From a virus (Duplodnaviria > Heunggongvirae > Uroviricota > Caudoviricetes), in IMG/VR virus record IMGVR_UViG_2690316142_000010: DNA of 6,883 nt, one strand, 5' to 3'. The position numbers and the translations under genes are program-made. Position 1 is the first letter of the stretch, and every line of letters begins with the position of its first letter. Shown here piece after piece: positions 5,995-6,883 of this stretch. The notes beneath the pieces are model-generated. The model was not told the origin of the DNA. It was given only the letters and a program-made list of their open reading frames with translations, and ran no database searches.

Positions 5995-6024
5995 AAGGCC
6001 CGCTATCGGGCCTTAATTTTTATT
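5995..6024. terminator. Bidirectional terminator-like hairpin between convergent tfa genes (AAGGCCCG-CTAT-CGGGCCTT, then AATTTTTATT)
   Basis: 8-bp perfect GC-rich stem with tetraloop 4 nt after the tfa stop; T-tract on the plus side overlaps the tfa' stop codon; CUCUCAUUCU on the minus side. Confidence 0.55.
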
Positions 6025-6547
6025 CAGGCTTTTGTGGCCATTCAGGATTTGCCGTATCCACACGGCTGACCAGAACACTGTAGCGTTCCCATGCTTCCAG
6101 TCGTGTGCGTTCCTCGTCTGTTGCCATATTCAGCCTGACAGCTCGTTCCAGCGGCTGGATGACTGATTCAGCTTCGGAAAGCAATGCGGCCTTTTGTGAT
6201 TCGGCCTGTTGTTGCAGTTCCTGTTCTGTATATTCCCTCTTTACTACTTTACCATCCAGAAACATCCATTTTCCGTTATTGTCTGCGTGACGATTTGCCG
6301 TAATATCAGGAACTTCAACTATGCTTAGCCCTTCAGGATTAATAGTTGAAACGTCTTTACTGACAGCAACGATGATGTTGTTCTCATCGTAAGCAATTTT
6401 TATGGTGTCTGGCTGAAAATTCTTTTGTTCCTCATACCAGTTTTTGCCATCTTCGCAAAAGAGCCATACCACGCCCGCTTTTTTAGTTAGCTGGTATTGT
6501 TCCGGTGTTTTCGGATTCCCGGCCTTAATATTTTTCAGGTGCATCAT
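6020..6547 (-). CDS. tfa: Tail fibre assembly protein (Tfa'/U'-type), inverted partner
   Basis: Track ORF 6020-6583(-); I prefer start ATG 6547 ([13 protein letters not shown]..., GGGGAG 8 nt upstream) by alignment with tfa. C-terminal third differs from tfa, as expected for cassette-specific chaperones. Confidence 0.9.
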   Translation of the reverse strand: MMHLKNIKAGNPKTPEQYQLTKKAGVVWLFCEDGKNWYEEQKNFQPDTIKIAYDENNIIVAVSKDVSTINPEGLSIVEVPDITANRHADNNGKWMFLDGKVVKREYTEQELQQQAESQKAALLSEAESVIQPLERAVRLNMATDEERTRLEAWERYSVLVSRVDTANPEWPQKPE

Positions 6548-6548
6548 C

Positions 6549-6883
6549 TTAAACACTCCCCACGTTGTACCATATTCCCCCAATCAATTTCTGAATTGGC
6601 CTTCTGGCAACAGTGTCGACAATATCATCCGCATTGCTGTTAATTGCGGCTGTTAAAACATAACCTGACGCATCGCCAAAGCCGTAGTCGCGCCATACGT
6701 TTTTATATTCAATGCTGCCAAGACGAATATCCCGAACGACATGATTATGCAGCCATGTGCTTAACCAGTTGTTTTCCCACACTGAACCATAAATATCGCC
6801 ACTAGACGCAACTTGCGCACCACTTCCCAGCGCAAATTGAGGTAGCCTGAGTTTAACGGACACTCCTTCCTGAAATAGAATGG
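6549..6883 (-). CDS. Tail fibre protein C-terminal variable cassette (Sv'-type), 5' partial: reading frame is open to the window edge
   Basis: Track ORF 6549-6863(-), but the frame stays open through 6883 (...[13 protein letters not shown]...). C-terminus ...[17 protein letters not shown] parallels the post-TAG tail of the plus-strand cassette (...[17 protein letters not shown]). Stop is 1 nt before the tfa' start. Confidence 0.8.
   Translation of the reverse strand, partial: ILFQEGVSVKLRLPQFALGSGAQVASSGDIYGSVWENNWLSTWLHNHVVRDIRLGSIEYKNVWRDYGFGDASGYVLTAAINSNADDIVDTVARRPIQKLIGGIWYNVGSV

Noticed and set aside
6105-6656. Track ORFs 6105-6290(+) and 6444-6656(+)
   Set aside because: Antisense shadows inside tfa' and the second fibre cassette.
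1-6883. tRNA, rRNA or other canonical RNA genes
   Set aside because: No T-loop (GTTCRANYC) or cloverleaf-compatible segments and no rRNA-like conserved stretches were seen on either strand.

Overview
The window reads as a decayed enterobacterial (E. coli/Shigella-type) prophage tail-fibre and accessory region; no tRNA, rRNA or CRISPR was seen, and I could not identify a clear multi-gene novel defence system. All calls rest on reading the sequence and remembered family motifs, with no database search run. Left: a strong sigma70-like promoter (355-384) and a structured ~240-nt leader precede a Rha-family phage regulator gene (627-1184), with a convergent 56-aa small ORF (1311-1481, minus). Middle: three tandem, partly truncated copies of one module (GC-rich hairpin, relic 3' end of a tail-fibre-assembly gene on the minus strand, short divergent intergenic region, class I SAM-dependent methyltransferase on the plus strand). 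Copy A (1546-2373) is cut by a truncated IS110-family element (about 2374-3112); copy B (3113-4089) carries the only intact methyltransferase (3417-4085); copy C (4090-4235) is fused to a Pin/Gin-type invertase pseudogene (4236-4466, minus). Right: a 26-bp gix/pix-like crossover site (4521-4546) opens an invertible tail-fibre segment: a silent fibre C-terminal cassette (4529-5305, in-frame TAG, frame continues to 5455), tfa (5458-5991), convergent tfa' (6020-6547) and a second fibre cassette (6549-6883) that runs off the window. The best candidates for undescribed biology are the orphan methyltransferase module riding on tail-fibre relics and the structured leader of the Rha-like gene.
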